DNA of 54,290 nucleotides from Octopus bimaculoides (Eukaryota). Below are positions 51,581-54,290 of this stretch, piece after piece; within the stretch, counting starts at the first letter, position 1; each line of letters begins with the position of its first letter. Where the stretch lies: contig NC_068991.1 in the NCBI RefSeq assembly GCF_001194135.2, positions 17,867,553-17,921,842 on the forward strand, read 5' to 3'. The notes under the pieces were generated by a model, which saw nothing but the letters and a program-made list of their open reading frames with translations, ran no database searches and was not told where the DNA came from. The translations under genes were made by a program, and so were the position numbers.

Positions 51581-51792
51581 TTGTGTGTCTCTGTTTGTCT
51601 CCCCAACATCGCTTGACAACCGATGCTGGTGTGTTTATGTCCCCGTAACTTAGCGGTTCGGCAAAAGAGACTGATAAAATAAGTACCAGGCTTATAATGA
51701 ATAAGTCCTGGGGTCGATTTGCTCAACTAAAGGCGGTGCTCCAGCATGGCCACAGTCAAATGACTGAAACAAGTAAAGGAGTAAAGGAGTAT
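51428..51792 (+). mobile_element. Young SINE family A copy (5'-truncated, CpGs intact) in ZFYVE26 intron 5
   Basis: Near-consensus sequence with tail AAGTAAAGGAGTAAAGGAGTA. Confidence 0.85.
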
Positions 51793-52683
51793 TACCTTAA
51801 AATAAAATTAAATAAATCAAATTTCTCATTTGTATAACTACTCTGTCATTTACTCCCTCTTCTCTTTTTCTCATGTGTCTATGATGCTTTCTCACTATGT
51901 GAATGTATAACATTCTTTTTACATTGCCTGTCACCAAGCCTTGTATGTGGACTCATCCTCCACTTTTTATGTTATATTAATTCTGTATCTTTTATTCTCT
52001 CTTCCTTACATTTCTGTATGATATAAAGTGTGACTGGAGAAATCAACCAACGAACCAACCAACATTTGTACCAGCTGTTATTATATAGAGATTTTGAGAG
52101 ATAAAACTGGTCACTTCTCTGATATAGTCACTAGATGAGACCACAAAATTTTCAGAACTCAGCAAACAGCTTGGGGCTTGCTCTTTATTTTGCTCAGATT
52201 CAGTTCATCTCTCATCTGAAAGGTAAAAATGATATAGAGATGCAGTAGGATAAGTTGTCCATGCTCACATTTTATAAAATGTCTCCAGTAAAGTATTGCA
52301 TCTTGAGTGAAAACACTTGAGATCTCTGTGACCAAGTTCATGTGCATCTACATGCCTTAATATGGTATAGCACTTATCTCTCTACCTGTATTGTTGTTTA
52401 GCCCTATGTCAGCACAGACACAGGTTGAACCAGCCTATAGGCATTACATTCATGACCTTCCCATCTCTTTTTTTTTTTTTTCTAAGCATACTGTATCTTG
52501 GACTAATTTACTCAATGCGTCCTTCCGTTTTTAATACATAGGGTGTCATATGAGAGAGATTTGGCTTCTATTTCTAGCAAATTAAACAGCCATGGAGAAG
52601 CTCTCTTATTGGCTTGGATTTATGTGTGTTTATTAGTGTGGAACACATATCTTGCTAATAGTTATGAACAATGTGAATTCTGT

Positions 52684-52723
52684 TCTATATTTAAGAGATG
52701 AGGAATTATTTCCAAATGTAAAT
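52684..52723 (-). mobile_element. 40-bp remnant of the same Penelope-like family
   Basis: Contains TCTATATTTAAGAGATGAGGAATTATTT, the reverse complement of the element end within 29191-29226. Flanked by a 14-bp direct repeat AATGTGAATTCTGT (52670-52683 / 52724-52737). Confidence 0.7.
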
Positions 52724-52803
52724 AATGTGAATTCTGTAAGCTGGCAGAATCATTAGTGTATTAGACATTATATTTAGTGACATTTCTTCTGGTTCTTTAT
52801 ATT

Positions 52804-53049
52804 CATCATCATCATCATCATCGTTTAACGTCCACTTTCCATGCTAGCATGGGTTGGACGATTTGACTGAGGACTGGCAAAACCGGATGGCTACACCAGG
52901 CTCCAATCTGATTTGGCAGAGTTTCTACAGCTGGATGCCCTTCCTAACGCCAACCACTCAGAGAGTGTAGTGGGTGCTTTTACGTGTCACCCGCACGAAG
53001 GCCAGCCAGGCGGCACTGGCAACGGCCACGCTCGAAATGGTGGTGTCTT
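52804..53049 (-). mobile_element. Family B copy nested inside a family C SINE
   Basis: Reverse-oriented (CAT)n-CGTTTAACGTCC... interrupts a family C sequence. Confidence 0.8.
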
Positions 53050-53627
53050 CAAATTCTGCTGAGGGCAACTTTACCTTTCATCCTTTCAGGGTTGATAAAA
53101 TAAGGACTAGTTGAGCACTGGGGTTGATGTAATCAACTCATCCCCTCTCCCCCCCCATCAAAATTTCAGGTTTTGTACTAGGATTATTATTCTTACTAAT
53201 ACTATTAAGGTAGCAAGCTGGTAGAATCATGACTGTACCCAACAAAATGCTTGATACTATTTTTAAGTTCAGATTCTGCTGAGATCAACTTTGCCTTTAA
53301 TATTTTCGGGATCAATAAAATAAGTACCAGTCAGGCTCTGGGGATGAAGTAATCGACTACCCCACCCCCACCCCCTCACTCTGTACCTATAGTAGAAAGA
53401 ATTGTTTTTATTATTTTTAGATTCTTAATGTTTGTCTTTTTGGATGCTGAAGTGGATAGAAATTAATTATGAAAAATATTAAAAAAATTTTTTCTCAAAC
53501 AATTTTAAGGAATATTATTTTATGAGAGAACATGTTGGTTTAAAAAATACCATAGAAATTGCAAAACTGCTTTGAGACAAAGGTAGAATTTAATTTTTCT
53601 ATGTTGTTTTGTAACTCTGTTCTACAG

Positions 53628-53716
53628 ACACCATGTCAGCACCCAGCATTGGACAAGGGCTGCCAAAAACTTCAACATCAGATAAATCTGATTCGCTGGT
53701 GTTTGGAAAAATCCAG
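53628..53716 (+). CDS. ZFYVE26: ZFYVE26 coding exon 6 (TPCQHPALDKGCQKLQHQINLIRWCLEKS(R)); gene continues beyond the window
   Basis: Acceptor ctgttctacag|, donor CAG|GTTGGT. 89 nt, phase 0 in and phase 2 out. Matches recalled LRDACDGLWAHLEVLEWCIQQSS. Confidence 0.88.
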
Positions 53717-54089
53717 GTTGGTGTTTGGCATTTTTTTATAATTCTTTAATTTTTTTCTGTTTTTGTTCTTAATTTATTAATTTACCAATGCAGAGTAGTG
53801 GCCTTATGAGTCTTGCTTACATAAGGGGAAAATCTTTGAACTGTTGCAGGGTTGTTGTAGCTGTTTAACCCCGAGTCAGTTCTAGCCTTGACCATCCATA
53901 GAGAAGTGTTTTGTTTGCTATTTTTAGCAGATTAAATGAATATTAGAGGCTCTTTCATTAGCACATATGTTGCAAGGTTCATATAACTTTTGTACATATT
54001 GTGTGCACATATATTTTGTGTGTGTATTTATATTTTGAAATCTCTTACATCTATATTCCCATGCTTTCCTGGAAATAGCAGTCCTTCAG

Positions 54090-54210
54090 TATATATATAT
54101 ATATATATATAAAATTTAATAAATGGAGTTATACTTATACATGTATTTATATATATATATATATATTTATAAAATTTAATAAATGGAGTTATACTTATAT
54201 ATGTATTTAT
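54090..54210. repeat. Tandem duplication of ~60 bp bounded by (AT)n
   Basis: AAAATTTAATAAATGGAGTTATACTTATA(C/T)ATGTATTT occurs twice. Confidence 0.85.
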
Positions 54211-54290
54211 CATCATCATCATCATCATCATCATCGTTTAACGTCCGCTTTCCATGCTAGCATGGGTTGGACGATTTGACTGAGGACTGG
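54208..54290 (-). mobile_element. Family B 3' end, running off the window
   Basis: (CAT)n-CGTTTAACGTCCGCTTTCCATGCTAGCATGGG. A shorter copy lies at 46438-46492. Confidence 0.8.

Overview
AT-rich, repeat-dense animal genomic DNA with many N gaps. The repeat families and protein divergence suggest an octopus/cephalopod draft assembly (inference). One protein-coding gene is supported: the 5' part of a ZFYVE26 (spastizin/SPG15) orthologue on the + strand. Six coding exons (34618-34844, 43163-43250, 46605-46694, 49309-49959, 51059-51226, 53628-53716) join in consistent phase through GT-AG introns into about 437 codons, and the gene continues beyond the window. A CpG-rich promoter region lies at about 34.3-35.7 kb. 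The left 34 kb has no coding exon I can assign. It consists of tRNA-derived SINEs, LINE 3' fragments, mariner/Tc1 relics, MITEs and microsatellites. The most interesting object is a 385-bp insertion (28847-29231) with a 13-bp target-site duplication. It combines a Pol III tRNA-like head, a minimal type-I hammerhead-ribozyme motif and an 80-bp inverted duplication of its own 3' end, resembling a Penelope-mobilised ribozyme-carrying SINE/retrozyme. A 40-bp relative with the same geometry lies at 52684-52723. Repeat family letters (A, B, C, D, F) are my own working labels; no database searches were run.
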